From the NCBI RefSeq assembly GCF_964194025.1, contig NC_134474.1:744001-808000 (forward strand): a DNA stretch of 64,000 nucleotides. The letters run 5' to 3'. The position numbers and the translations under genes are program-made. Every line of letters starts with the position of its first letter. Within the stretch, counting starts at the first letter, position 1. The DNA comes from Convolutriloba macropyga (taxonomy: Eukaryota). Under the pieces are notes generated by a model that saw only the letters and a list, made by a program, of their open reading frames with translations, was not told the origin of the DNA and did not search any database. Of this stretch, positions 47,601-58,099 are shown one piece after another.

Positions 47601-50600
47601 GTCCCACGGACCTCTGAAGTATGGTCATGGTCCTCAAGGTATGGTCAAACCAACTATATTCAGTATAAAATTAAAAACTATTTATTTATACCTGTGCTAG
47701 TGAAAATGGCAGAAGTATCAAATATAGAAATTTTATTGCAAGCCAATCAGAATTGAGGAATTTTTAATGCTGTTTTTTGATTTGCTTTATTTCAGAAATA
47801 AATACTTGCTTGTTGTTCTGGAGGTACGAAATTTTATAATAGCTAACATCCTACGTCCCATGTTCTCAATTTTTTAAGTTAAAATGAATAAAAAACTTTT
47901 AAAAAAGGCGAGATTTGTCGTCCGCTGGAATTATTTTTGCGATATATCGAGAGTACAAAAAAACCTAAACTTTTAATGTTAGAATTTTGATTCGAGTTGA
48001 TGACTTAAACTTAGCATTATCAGAAAGTTTAACTTACCAAATTAATCTGACAGAGGTAAATTGATTCAAGTCCCCAATACTGATATAAATGAATCTTCAA
48101 GAAATGGTGCTGTGAATCAATACTCGGTTCAAACTGATGATTCTAGATAACTATTATTAGAGTTAGATTAATTGATGTAAAATCTTCCCAGCATGTAATA
48201 AATGATTATGATATCTCCGGAAGTGTGGTAGAAAAGTGCAAATGCATTCCATTTATGGTTCACTTTGCGACTGATTTGCAGAAGCAAAAATATTTTCTAT
48301 GTTTTAGTATAAGAAAAGAACATTTAAAAAATCATGCTCTTTTTACAACATACATTTATATAATTCAAAGAGTTAGAAATGTATTGACGGTAATCGGACG
48401 CTGTCTCTTACCAGACACAGCGTCCTGTAGAAGTACCTGTAGACAGAGCATCCTTTAAGATCTGTAGAAACAATTTGATAATTTTTATGGTTGTTCGGCG
48501 TGATTTTTTCCCCTACTGTTTTTGTAAGTTGGGTGAGAAAGCGCTGTTTGAACAAAAAGTTTGCTATTCGGGTAGGAATTTTCCATTCAGGGTTAGAATT
48601 TAAATTTCTGTTTGTGTTTTTTTTTAGTTTTTCTCTATGTTTGGCATCAATTTTGGCCATTTGAAGTACATTTTAAAATTTTTATAAAACCACGCTCGAA
48701 ATTACTTTTCCGCGTTTTTTGAAGCAGCCTAATTTTAAACATATTCAATGAAGGAGGTTAGTAGAGTCTAAAATTACTGAACAAAAGTTTTTATTGATCT
48801 CGTACCTATCTTCTGGAGCATCGTTTGCTTAACAGAGTTTAAAAGAGTTTAACAGAGTTCTTCCTCTCATGTTTCATGTTGCAGTCCGGTTCTTAGCCGT
48901 AGAATTAAAAAGACTACAAGCTGTTATTTTGTCAATGAAACTTTTTATGTCAATTTCAGCTGAGCTAGTACTTGTTATTGGTAATTATCATACTATAGGG
49001 CAGTGTGTAGCAAGTAAAAAGGAGCCTAATATATCTCAGCTAACTCAATGTTATCAATGATTTGCTTTTTTTCAGAAATAAATACTTGCTTGTTGTTCTG
49101 GAGTTACGAAATTTTATAATATCTAACATCCTACGACCCATGTTCTCATTTTTCTAAGTTAAAGTGAATAAAAAACTTTTCAAAAAGGTGAGATTTGTCG
49201 TCCACTGGAATTATTTTTGCAATACATCGAGAATAAAAAAACCTAAACTTTTCAGATTTTTCATCTTTGAAAATTTGATAACGTTTCCAAAAGATCACAC
49301 TAATGCTCCCTTTCATTTTTTTGTCTTGGTGTGTAAGTTGCTTTCAATTATCAAATAGATTAAGGAACAGATTTTTTCAGAGTCTCCTAGAGTGCAATTT
49401 ACTGGCTATCTATTCGGCACACTTTTTATTTAGCTACTGCCAATTCACTTAGGTCTCAATTGGGATTTAGGGTTATGAGCAGTCATATTTCTGGTATATT
49501 TCCAGAAAAATGAGCCTAATTTTAAAGAAGTGATTGAACTGATAGCAATGTAATATTAGAATTTAGTGAATAAACATTGAGATGGAAACCATAAGAAATA
49601 AGCTCATTGTGCTGGATAGTTTTTTAAATAATGTAATCACTGAAAAATGAGAAATGATAGGAATGAGCTGCAAAAAATCTTTGGGAAAAGTGAAATACTA
49701 TGAAAATGGGTTAATTGTGGGCTTTCTGGACAATTCTGCTACTCGATAAACCTTATCCTTATTATGAGTGATAAAACGCAGGGACCTTTTTTATTCAGCC
49801 AGCCATTTAGAAACCTAAACTCATCACATTTGCTGGAAAAATGATGCCCAAACCGACTCCGATGTAGAAAAAGAATGTTGTTTTCAACTGTTTCTCCCTT
49901 TTCAATGCCAAACATTGCTGCCTGTTAAGATTGTTCACGTTTTCACCCCTACATCACTTTTAAAGCAAACTTTTTACCCCAAAACTTTTCCACAGATCCG
50001 ACGCATTTGTAAGTTTTATATATTCTACAAATAATGCAAAGCATGAAAATAGTGTTTCTATGAAAGATGGGTGAAATAATCCGGGTTAAATGATAAGGCG
50101 TGAAGCAAATAAGTATTAGACGGTGGGATACCATTATGCAAACACAGGTATGGCATAATATAATTTAGACTTTTATTACACTGATCCTTGTAACCTTGTC
50201 TGCAACATTTACCCTAGTCTGAGAGTAAAAATCAAGAGCCAACTCTGGGCCATTTCTGCTTTGATAGTTAGGTTTGTTTGTTGAATTTTTAGCTCTTGCG
50301 GCTCAGAGAGAAGCGGAGGAGGAGAGACGGAGGAGGGAGGAGGAAGAAAAGCTTGCTAAAATGGCACAAATTGAAAGGGAAAAGTATGAACAACTCAAAC
50401 GGGAACAGGAGGAAATTGAACGGTTAGTCATAGTCACAGCCAGGAAAACTGAATTGCAGCTACTTCAATTTGATGCAAAGTTTAAAATATTTTTGCAAGC
50501 TCTTATTAAGATTACTGATAACTAAAGCCTTTACCTGTCTATCAAAAAACAGTGCATGAAAAACCATTGAAAATATGCAATTCTTAGTTCAAACAAAACC

Positions 50601-53600
50601 GCACTTTATTGTGTGTGGTGATCGATTACTGATATCGACAACTTTTTGTTGTGAGATGGAAGTCAATTGTTTTACGTCATCGAAGTGGTGTCAAAACTGA
50701 CAGAAAACAATAAATTTTTCCCTACAATTTAACCTAATACGCTCCCAATTATCTCAATCTCAATTTATTTCGGTAAAGCCGTTGCAAACATATTGCCAAC
50801 TTATACAATCAATATCGAGGTGATTAATTTTAATCACTTTTTACTATAATTTTTATCATTTCATCTTCATAGGTAACGCAAAAAATGCCTAGAAGGTCTA
50901 GAAAATTGAGAAGAAGGTATGTATACGTTTGAAGCTTTTCACAGAACTCAAAAAATAGTTTTGACTTTGGTTATAAACTTTAGAGCAGAAAATTTATTGT
51001 GATTATGTATAAGTCTATTGTATTCAATGTACGCTTTATGTAATTCCCCGGCGCTCACTTTCAGCAGTCGCGCTTACAATGTTTAATTTTTTGAGTTAAT
51101 TTTCAGTATGTTAAAAAATAAAATGATCTCCGTACACTTAGATAACCTGTTATAAATGCTCTTCAAACAACATAAAACATGATCTCCTATTCTCTACGTG
51201 TGACGTAATATTTCAGTTTACTAACTCTATCATCTAATAAATTTATTTGTTAATTCAACTGACTTGCTTATTAATTTGTTTGTTTGTTCTCTTTCCTTGG
51301 TAGACTACGGAAGGAGCGTGAGGAGCAGGAGAGGCGTGAACAGATGGAGAAGATTCTAGAAGAGTCCAGAAGGATGGCAATTGAGATGAAGAGACGCCAA
51401 GTGGAGGCAGAGGCCAAAGCTCTCTTTAACAAGTCTGTTTTTGTTTCTCTCTCAACTCTTTATTTAATTATTTTATTTTGTTTTCTTCCTTAATTATCTC
51501 CTACTTGCTAATCTGAATGCTAAGTTCAAGTAAAGATACAAATATCAGTTTGCGAACAAAATTTTGTAAATTATAGATCCTAAGTCAGAAATTATGACAT
51601 TTTTTTATTCGAGAGCAATATGTTTAATAAACCTTGTAATAGACCATACAGTAATCATTAAAGACATATTTGTGTAAATAATATGATACTAATGTCAGAA
51701 ATGATAACATTTTTTTTATTTGAAGGCGATAAGTTCAACCAATACTCTAAAAAACGAGTAATCATCTCTTAATAAATTCAGGTATACACAGAGAATAGTA
51801 CCCGAACAATCAACTTTAACCAAACATATTTCCTTTAAATGTGCCACTTTTTAGATACTTTCATGAAAGCTGGCGAATAAATTGATCTGGGCTAAAATCC
51901 TTTATGCTGGCGTTCCATCTGAGTAAAGACCAATTGTAAAATTCCGTTCAAAGCTGCATTTAATTATAATTCAAAGCTGTATTGAAATAAAAACTAGATT
52001 GGAAATGATTAACTTATCATATCGCTGTTGCTGCTTGAAAGAAGCTCGAATTTCTCACCAACAAATAATCATTACTGATATTTTTAGTTTTCATTGCTAA
52101 AAAATTTCCTTTAGCATCGTGTCGTGAAAATTTTGAGTAGATTAATATCTTTGTTAATAAAACGAACAAGTCGACTAAAAAAGCAAATTTTCTCCCAAAT
52201 TTGGTCCCGAAAAAAGGGAATTTTGAAAAAATTTAGCATAAATTCTTGCCAAAAAACTCGGATTGAACAAATCAGCAACCCTCCTCTATCTTCAGAGATA
52301 AAATCAATAACACTACAGTTATCAATTTGAACAAAATTTAGCAAAATTAACGAAAATTAGGTCAAAAATACTGAAAATGTGAATGAAAACAGCTGAAATA
52401 CGTCTAATATTCACAAAACTAAAAAAAGCAGAAATCGAAAAAATCTTTCTAGTTCCCTATTCTACGCTGGACGGGTTTTGTGATGATACCACTCACAACT
52501 CTCTACGATGATTATATCGATCGGCCAAAATTGTCTGAACAAAAAAAAACCTTTTGAGTATATAGATCATCCCCCACAAAAGTATGTCGGAACAAAAAAA
52601 CCTCTCATTCAAATTACTGCGAAGTTAGTGAGCCCCAAAAATTATTAATCGAAATGCCTTCTGGTTTTTCGGAGAATATAATTGAACAGAATAGAAGGAA
52701 TGGTCAACGGTGAAAGGATTAAAGGTTTATACCTCTACAGCCCGATTTTCCTCTATCTGCAAGGCATATCGTCCTAGTTAATCAACTATCGCCCTAGTCT
52801 AGATCTGGAATTATTAAGAGACCTCACTATCAATTCCAATTGAGGGCGGGGGGGGGAGTGAAAAAAATTACACGGTCGAGGAAACTAGATAAAGTCGATG
52901 CTAATACATTTCATATGCAAAAATGAGTCAAACTAAAAAGTTCCACCAACATCTGGGTTCAATTTCATGACCTTTTCCAACCTTACCCAATGTTTAACCA
53001 ATTGCGCTATATTTCCCTAACTTAAACTAAAAACTAAATAAGTTTTGGAAATATAAGAAATAGGACATTTATATTGTCTAGCCAAAATCCAGGACACGTT
53101 TTATTGTCGAGCCAAATTTGAGGACATTTGTTTTAGTGTCAGCCAAAGTTGAAGACATCACTTAAAGTCCAGACAATTTTTTTTTCATACCAAAAATCTC
53201 TCCAGTGCAGTCTTTTTATGCCTTATATCGGTCGAGGACGGTCTTTTTATAATTCCAGGCCTAGACTAGGATGGTGATCTAATTCGGCAACCAATCGAGC
53301 AAATAGCCAAAACTGAAAGTGCGACGATTAAATAAAATAGAAAACAAGGAAAAACACTACAAAATTATGGAAAACACAAACTGTCTCCCTTGATTTGATA
53401 AGAAAATCTTATAATGAAATGCGCTCTTAGTTAGATCTTTGACCAAAACAACTTTTAACAGCCTATCTCACTTGGTCTCAATTGGTCGAGAAAACTTTCA
53501 CTCAAAGATTCTAAGACTTCCTTTGGCTTCAACGACATCAAGGTATAAGAGGTTCATATCTTTTTTTTCGCAAAAACGTGTCTGCAAATAGGTTTCCGAT

Positions 53601-54444
53601 TCTGGCTGTAATTGTAACACCCAGGGTCAAAATTTCCTATCTGTTGTTTTGATGTGATACTCAAGCATAACTCCATGAGAAAGCTATCTGTGTGTCGCTT
53701 CAAAGGACTCAATCCTGCTTTTAGTGGTTTTTTAGTCCCTTACATTAATTGCTCTTTTTTCCAAAGTTTGTTATTACGGGGTATTATAATGTGCTCCTAA
53801 AAAAAGTTGCCTCCGTTTAATAGCAGATGTCTGTTGGTGCTATTGGTGGGTAATTCAAACGAAGACGATGTGTTCAATAACTGGCAGTAAATTTATGACT
53901 TCAATCGGTAGTATTTTATGAAATCACTAAGCATGTGAAGTTCCGAAAAACGTCTACACGTAGAAATTAAAATTAATTGAAATATTTTTGCACCGAATAC
54001 TTTAATCCCGAACTTTTAATTTTTGTGGTTTTTTTTAATTACATAAGAATTTCCGCAAATTTAATTGAGCTCTTAATAAGCTTTCTTTCTGTCGAACCTT
54101 ACGTGTTTAACAAAAAAACCTGCTGTAGATAATTGGTGAGGCAGCTGAGCAAAAATGAGAAATTGACTTGAAGATGTTTCGTACATTGGACATAAACAGA
54201 AAAGATGGAGAATATAGGTGCACCTTATTCTGATTAATTGATTAATATCCTAGTATGTTCAGACTTCATTTCTTGTGAATTATTCCCTCTTATCTCTCTC
54301 TCATTTAGGAGTCTTCGGATGGAACACAACTATTTGGAACACAACCAGGAACTGTCAAGGGCTTTTGTCTACTCCTACTTCGAACTCATGCGAATCATGG
54401 ACAACTTAGAAGAGGGAAGCCAGGATGGCCAGGGAGAGGATTAA
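5600..54444 (+). CDS. KIAA2012: KIAA2012/DUF4670-like coiled-coil protein with N-terminal DPxTGK repeats (multi-exon, 5'-partial)
   Basis: Phase-compatible AG/GT exons: 5600-5680, 6666-6746, 7345-7425, 12172-12240, 21872-21940, 22549-22797, 24681-24744, 25096-25283, 25945(or 25909)-26525, 26845-26995, 28660-28673, 32136-32302, 45414-45586, 50293-50422, 51304-51432, 54309-54444 (TAA). The E/R/K-rich coiled coil, 'KLAKMAQIEREKYEQLKRE' and the C-terminal 'HNQELSRAFVYSYFEL' resemble the KIAA2012 C-terminus (..NISRPWVYSYF..) as recalled; not verified by search. Confidence 0.75.
6335..6469 (+). CDS. Candidate cassette exon (DIFKVVKEVAAAANA...KKPFF)
   Basis: ctgcag acceptor, gtatga donor, 135 nt, phase 1-1, open in the host frame; not repeat-like. 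Confidence 0.4.
6666..6746 (+). CDS. Host gene exon, repeat 2 (EMGDDITMFTDPRTGKTYVKTMSGRFM)
   Basis: ttgcag acceptor, gtaagc donor, 81 nt, phase 1-1. Confidence 0.85.
6805..6922. repeat. 48-bp tandem repeat (~2.5 copies)
   Basis: TTTTTGATTATCCTGTGAATTT recurs three times at 48-bp spacing. Confidence 0.8.
7345..7425 (+). CDS. Host gene exon, repeat 3 (ELDEDMEVTIDPVTGKMFVRTKSGTLK)
   Basis: tttcag acceptor, gtacc donor, 81 nt, phase 1-1. Confidence 0.85.
8545..8608. repeat. Perfect 29-bp inverted repeat, 6-nt spacer
   Basis: AGCCTCATACTTGAGGTCAGAATATCAAT-caacaa-ATTGATATTCTGACCTCAAGTATGAGGCT. Confidence 0.95.
10236..11023. repeat. Inverted triplication (direct-inverted-direct) giving ~270-bp hairpin arms
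   Basis: 10236-10436 matches 10741-~10940. 10442-10714 is the reverse complement of ~10752-11023, near-identical. Confidence 0.9.
12172..12240 (+). CDS. Host gene exon, repeat 4 (ELACEMETIIDPITGKKIVRPKG)
   Basis: tcacag acceptor, gtagga donor, 69 nt, phase 1-1. Confidence 0.85.
12730..18798 (-). CDS. Type-B carboxylesterase/cholinesterase-family alpha/beta hydrolase, nested antisense in host intron
   Basis: Exons: 18798-18526, 18207-18179, 17835-(17690 or 17591), ~14795-14480, 13980-13886, 13769-12730. Motifs FLGIPY, EDCLWINVW, PVLIFVHGGAF, NYRLGILGF, NVGIRDQ, FGGNTENITL-CGFSVGG (Ser), NGEG (Glu), SHGFE (His). The exon 3/4 junction is uncertain. Confidence 0.9.
15100..17460 (-). mobile_element. 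Decayed non-LTR retrotransposon (CR1/L2-like ORF2: AP endonuclease + RT)
   Basis: Endonuclease motifs VILAGDYN, FIDYI and TDH (~17180-17400). RT motifs NYRPISV, QFGYR, AFLDLSKAFDSINH, GDPQ and VKYLG. C-terminal 'WGIKTIF..LKLCNKILP'. Multiple frameshifts; the YADD region appears deleted. Ends approximate. Confidence 0.9.
21872..21940 (+). CDS. Host gene exon, repeat 5 (GVGLGFELYVDPETGKTYLRPRD)
   Basis: tttcag acceptor, gtaagc donor, 69 nt, phase 1-1. Confidence 0.85.
22549..22797 (+). CDS. Host gene exon (EKEEKLLRDLVMLVRPGLGFYDVDPEDIF...HLEE)
   Basis: actaacag acceptor, gttagt donor, 249 nt, phase 1-1. Confidence 0.85.
24135..24334. other. Assembly gap (200 N)
   Basis: Run of N. Confidence 1.
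24681..24744 (+). CDS. Host gene exon (MAQKMKDGKGKGRKLGGGRKG)
   Basis: ttttag acceptor, gtaagt donor, phase 1-2. Confidence 0.8.
25096..25283 (+). CDS. Host gene exon
   Basis: ttctag acceptor, gtcagg donor, phase 2-1, overlaps ORF 25124-25324. Confidence 0.7.
25433..25709. mobile_element. Small MITE-like element with internal tandem repeats
   Basis: CCGGGT...ACCCGGG termini, imperfect subterminal inversions, internal GATTATAGTCATA repeats. Confidence 0.4.
25945..26525 (+). CDS. Host gene exon (large, low-complexity S/K/E-rich)
   Basis: ORF 25926-26552; phase-1 acceptor at 25944 (alternative 25908); gtaagg donor, phase 0. Confidence 0.8.
26845..26995 (+). CDS. Host gene exon (GSKSRGGKT...VDWRKMNP)
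   Basis: ttttag acceptor, gtatgg donor, phase 0-1. Confidence 0.8.
27113..28082 (+). mobile_element. Non-autonomous Helentron-like element, family B
   Basis: 5' subTIR AATAGCCGCGA (27119-27129) within the hairpin AATAGCC...GGCTATT. 3' subTIR TCGCGGCTATT (28040-28050) followed by the stem-loop GGCA-atc-TGCC and a T-rich end. Confidence 0.6.
28425..28610. mobile_element. MITE with 16-bp TIRs and 8-bp TSD
   Basis: GGATCTATTCTGTCCC...GGGACAGAATAGATCC, flanked by GACAATTC at 28417-28424 and 28611-28618. Inner inverted pair TTTTATGACCCCCAG/CTGGGGGTCATAAAA; poly-C and poly-G tracts. Confidence 0.85.
28660..28673 (+). CDS. 14-nt microexon of host gene (DLLDE)
   Basis: attttag|ATCTGTTAGATGAA|gtgagt; converts phase 1 to phase 0, as required to join 26995 to 32136. 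Confidence 0.7.
29037..30041. mobile_element. Foldback/MITE-like element built from ~30-bp minisatellite units
   Basis: TIR CCCCAGTGATT..GGAATTTTTAT / ATAAAAATTCC..AATCACTGGGG. Unit TCTTATCAGATCTTACACGATAAAAATTCC occurs in both orientations. An unrelated ~370-bp core lies at ~29353-29720. Confidence 0.75.
32136..32302 (+). CDS. Host gene exon (IDLDKLSPAERRRIEVLRKRRQ..., coiled coil)
   Basis: ttaag acceptor, gtaatg donor, phase 0-2. Confidence 0.85.
32398..34870 (+). mobile_element. Non-autonomous Helentron-like element, family A copy 2 (divergent interior)
   Basis: 5' TTGTTCCAACTCACTTAAGTGGGGGAGGAA plus ~500 bp homologous to copy 1. 3' GGGGTCGGAAC, stem-loop and CCTTGTTT. Confidence 0.7.
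35563..35982 (+). repeat. 5' LTR
   Basis: TGTCATAC...GTACGACA, near-identical to 41444-41863. Confidence 0.95.
35982..41277 (+). pseudogene. Disrupted gag-pol polyprotein
   Basis: Fragment ORFs 35982-36884, 36928-37668, 37653-37925, 38153-38476, 38421-38954, 39513-39722, 39902-40564, 40555-40902; frameshifts, in-frame stops and deletions. Confidence 0.9.
41444..41863 (+). repeat. 3' LTR
   Basis: Follows the PPT; matches the 5' LTR. Confidence 0.95.
45414..45586 (+). CDS. Host gene exon (RELEEEKRREEE...QEAQAA)
   Basis: ttccag acceptor, gtctac donor, phase 2-1. Confidence 0.85.
46981..47423. mobile_element. Non-autonomous Mutator-like (MULE) element
   Basis: 9-bp TSD TAACCCACT (46972-46980 and 47424-47432); degenerate TIRs GG...AGACGTA(AA)CCAAAAT(G/A)TAGAAATTT. 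Confidence 0.7.
47778..49252. repeat. ~195-bp direct repeats (47778-47974 and 49058-49252) flanking ~1.1 kb
   Basis: TGATTTGCTTT..TTCAGAAATAAATACTTGCTTG...ACCTAAACTTTT occurs twice with scattered mismatches. Confidence 0.8.
50293..50422 (+). CDS. Host gene exon (ALAAQREAEEERRR...EEIE)
   Basis: ttttag acceptor, gttagt donor, phase 1-2. Confidence 0.85.
51304..51432 (+). CDS. Host gene exon (RLRKEREEQE...KALFN)
   Basis: ggtag acceptor after a pyrimidine tract, gtctgt donor, phase 2-2. Confidence 0.8.
52110..52597 (-). mobile_element. Truncated 5' end of Helentron-like family A
   Basis: Reverse complement reads TTTTTGTTCCGACATAC..GGGGGATGATCTATATACTC..., homologous to 32400-32850. Confidence 0.7.
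52794..53269. mobile_element. MITE-like element with ~30-bp inverted repeats
   Basis: CTAGTCTAGATCTGGAATTATTAAGAGACC / GGTCTTTTTATAATTCCAGGCCTAGACTAG; internal ~30-bp tandem repeats GGACA..TTTTATTGTC.AGCCAAA at 53060-53170. Confidence 0.55.
54309..54444 (+). CDS. Host gene terminal exon (KSLRMEHNYLEHNQELSRAFVYSYFELMRIMD...*)
   Basis: catttag acceptor, phase 2, TAA stop; carries the DUF4670-like terminal motif. Confidence 0.85.
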
Positions 54445-55429
54445 ACTAACAAAAAGAGAAAACTACTGGCATACACCGGAAGCTGTGACATCAACACTGA
54501 AGCTCTGAAATTTGGAATCACAGTCGATGGATATCGGACATCTATTGTTGCAACTGGAATTAGAGTCATAGCCATTAGATCAATTAACATCGAGCGAGTC
54601 AAAAAATTGTCATTCAATTTGGCTTTGAAGCTCTTGATTTGGTTAAACTGCAATCCAAACATGATTTCAATCCAAATTTTAGCTTAATTTTGAAAACAAA
54701 TTGTTTATAAAATAATGCCCGTGATTGTGCCAAACAACAGAACTGCTTCTTAATTCTAAAACAAAGTTAACATTATGCTTTATGACACCGATTTATATTC
54801 AAGATGGAAATAATACAGTTTAGAAATTTCTGCTTTTTCCAAACCTGAAAAGTTCGTGCCAATTTTCTGCCTGTCAGGCTTTCCTTCGTTAGGCCTATTT
54901 ATCACACATGGACCCTAGTGTCAAAGCCTATCAGTACTGAAACATTGTATTGCAATAGTATAACGTCGGATTGGAGCTGTATCAGTGTATCCTAAGAGTA
55001 TCTTTCAACCTCAGTAATTGCAGTATAAGAAACTCAGAGCTTTTTTTCTGAAAATAAATTCTCTCTGTTTTTTTTGTTTTGCATAATCTTCATCAAAAAA
55101 TTATACAGAAAATTGAAAATTTCGTCAACAATTTAAAAATTTCCCCTTCAGCATTATGATTGCATTTAGTATCTTAGAACCTGCAAGTAATTTGTGTAGT
55201 TGTTATCTTTATAAAATAATACCCGCCGAAACCAGTAAATAAACGCCGTTGCCTGGATCCTAACAAATCTGCTGGTTTTGGGTAGTGTCTGTTTTTTGCT
55301 TCAGATTCTAGTGGTTTTTTGGTATCAACATTAGTTTCAGCCTATTTCCGCTCTAAAGCGAAGTAATTTGCTGAGGTAGCAAGATACAATAAGAATGAAC
55401 TGACGCAGCTCTGAGGTGACGATGCATAA

Positions 55430-58099
55430 TTGTTCCGACCCTCTTGAGGGGGGAGGAACTATATACTCAACTGGGTTTTTTTTTGTTCCGTGAATTTTCG
55501 CCGCTCGATATATTCATCGTAGAGAGTTGAGACTGGTATCATTAGAAAGCTCGTCCAGCGTAGAATATGGAATTAATAAGATTTTTTTAATTTTCGTTTT
55601 CTACAGGGAGTTATCGAGGTTTAAACTTCTGAAAAAAGTAGAGTGAGTTCACGTTGTTTTTATTCACATTTTCCGGAATTTTTGCCTAAATTTTCGTCAA
55701 TTTTGCTAAAATTTGTTATAATTTTTAAGAATAGTGTCGTTGATTTTATTTTTGAAGACGAACAAGCATTTTTGATTGTTTTGATTTAATTTTTTGGTCA
55801 AAAAATCTGGATAAACTTTTCAAAATTTAGCCTTTTTCATCAACAGCACGAAATAAGATACTTTAGTCCACTCTGATTAAATTTGCCTACAGTACACCCC
55901 CAAACAACACTCATACAATCTTTGTAGACTCAGAGGGGGGCTATTTCTACTTCAGAGTCCACAGAGAGTGCCTTGTAGTTAAAACTTTGCCGTTTTTTGC
56001 TAACTTTACTCGTTGATTATCAAAAATGCAAAATTTATTTTGAGTTTCAACTCAGAAATTATCTATATCTACAACATTCGAAAAATCAATTGTTCTTAAC
56101 GGACAATAAGTATTAACAGGGGTAGTTTTGGGCCATTCTTGGACTGTTACAATCCAAAAAAAATCGGGTTGTAATCAGTCGGTCTTTTTTTTAAAAAAAA
56201 AGACTTTTTTTTAATAATAAAGAACAGAACATATCAAATGAAAGCTCAGGAGTGATAGGTCCAACCAATTCGCTTGCTAAACAACTCCAAGCTAATGCAT
56301 TTAGTTTTTTAATTGAAAGTTTATGGTCGTTTCTTTTTTAAAAATAATTGACTTTTCAATAAATAATGGCTTAATTAACTTTTCCTCTATTTTTTCTTAA
56401 TTTGTTCAACTTCCAGCTTAGTGTCAGCAAAAAAAGACTGCTTCTTCTTTCTACTGAGTTAACATTTATTCTCGGTTGCAGTTTTAAGCCTGAAATTATT
56501 GTTTTCTGGCTTTGATACTACAAGATTTTAGATTTTTGTTTGTTTTGATATTTGCCAGTTTTTCACGTTTTCTAATTTTGTCACATTATCACATTATTGA
56601 CAGTTCTCATGTCACCTTATTAGCATTCAAATTAAAACACAATTGAACATATTAAAATCCTGAAGGATATAAATCATCGTTTTAATGGCCTCGACGCCTC
56701 TTTCTTGAAGAAATCAATTGAATTTTTTAATTTTGTCTTAACTGTCATTTATACTTTGTCGTTTCGGACGTATGAAATTTCCTGTATAGTGATAGCGTTC
56801 ATTGGCTTTTCATGGAAGAATAGAAAAACCGATATTCTGATATTAGCAGATAGCTGATGGCTTTTATGACTTTCAAACCCATCGTTTTCCAAAATTAAAA
56901 AAAAAAACTTTTTTAACTTCGCAATTTTGTTCTATTTATGTTTCTTTTTGTTACCTAATCTCGTTAGTTGATTACATGTCAAATATGAAATTATGGGTGT
57001 CAAAGGAATAAAAGGGATTGGTGTCCCAAAATCTTTTTTTTTAAAGATTTTGTTATGACCTTACTGGCTTCGACACCGCTTTTTCACAAAAAAAATTAAA
57101 TTAATTTGATTCTTGTCATATTTGACGTTCTTTTTATAGATGCAAGAAATATTCTGGATAATTACAGGTCTCGAGGGTTTCCTTTTCATAAAAAAACGAC
57201 GATATTTAAATAGCTCTTTTTGTAATTAATGCCTTTCATGACATTGAATGTAATTTTGTTTCGAAAAAAAAATTAAAAGTATTACATACTTTAGCACTTC
57301 GCTTTTTTGTCTACTTGTTAACTAGTCTTACTAATGAATAGCCACGTACTACATTATAGTTGTTTGAAGAAGGCATAATCAAATATATTTTGAGTGCCAA
57401 AATTTGGCTTGACGGTTTTGACAGCGTTTTCTGGCAAGTTTCAATTGAAATTTTGTTTGTTCTTTGTTGTTCTTTTTAGCCGCTCTAAAAAATGAATAAG
57501 GTCAGGTCCTAATGCCCTTCTATAGAAGCAGTGGTAATCGCAAATTTGTGGTAATATTAATTTATTCCTAATGGTATTTATTACTTTGAAGTTAATTGTT
57601 TCAAAAAAATAAGTTAATTTTTTTTACTTTTCTGTTTTTTGTTCTTTTGTATAATTGTTACCAAACCTTTTTATGGACTGGTCGCATATGTTTTCTGGTG
57701 ATTTATAAGTTATTTTTGTTTAGTTTCAGGTTTATCTGACGGTATGTTGACTTTGTTATTAAATTTAGTTTTTAAGAGGGACATAAATTTTTTGATGTAA
57801 TTAATGTTTGCTGTTGTTGTTGTTTGATTTTGCTGTTCGTTTTGACTCGCTTTCTTAATATTGACATATTACAGCAATCTAATGCATCAATTTTTACTCC
57901 ACTGAGTTATTTGTTTTGGAGGTTATCTTATCGTTCACACAGAATTTTTTGAAAAAGACTTGGGCTTTTTTGGGATTCGCAAAAAATAATTTTTGGGTTT
58001 TTCTATCTGTTCCTCATTTGGTAGACAATTATGCCAAAATTGTGGATGGGCGGGGTCGGAACCTTATGTGCCATTGCACATTACCGAGCCGCCTTGTTT
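55430..58099 (+). mobile_element. Non-autonomous Helentron-like element, family A copy 3
   Basis: 5' TTGTTCCGACCCTCTTGAGGGGGGAGGAAC. 3' GGGGTCGGAAC (58052-58062), stem-loop ATGTGC-catt-GCACAT and CCTTGTTT. Colinear with copy 1. Confidence 0.8.

Noticed and set aside
50873-50916. AG...GTATGT-bounded 44-nt purine-rich candidate exon
   Set aside because: It gives an immediate TAA in the host frame, and the flanking exons already join in phase. At most a poison exon, with no support.
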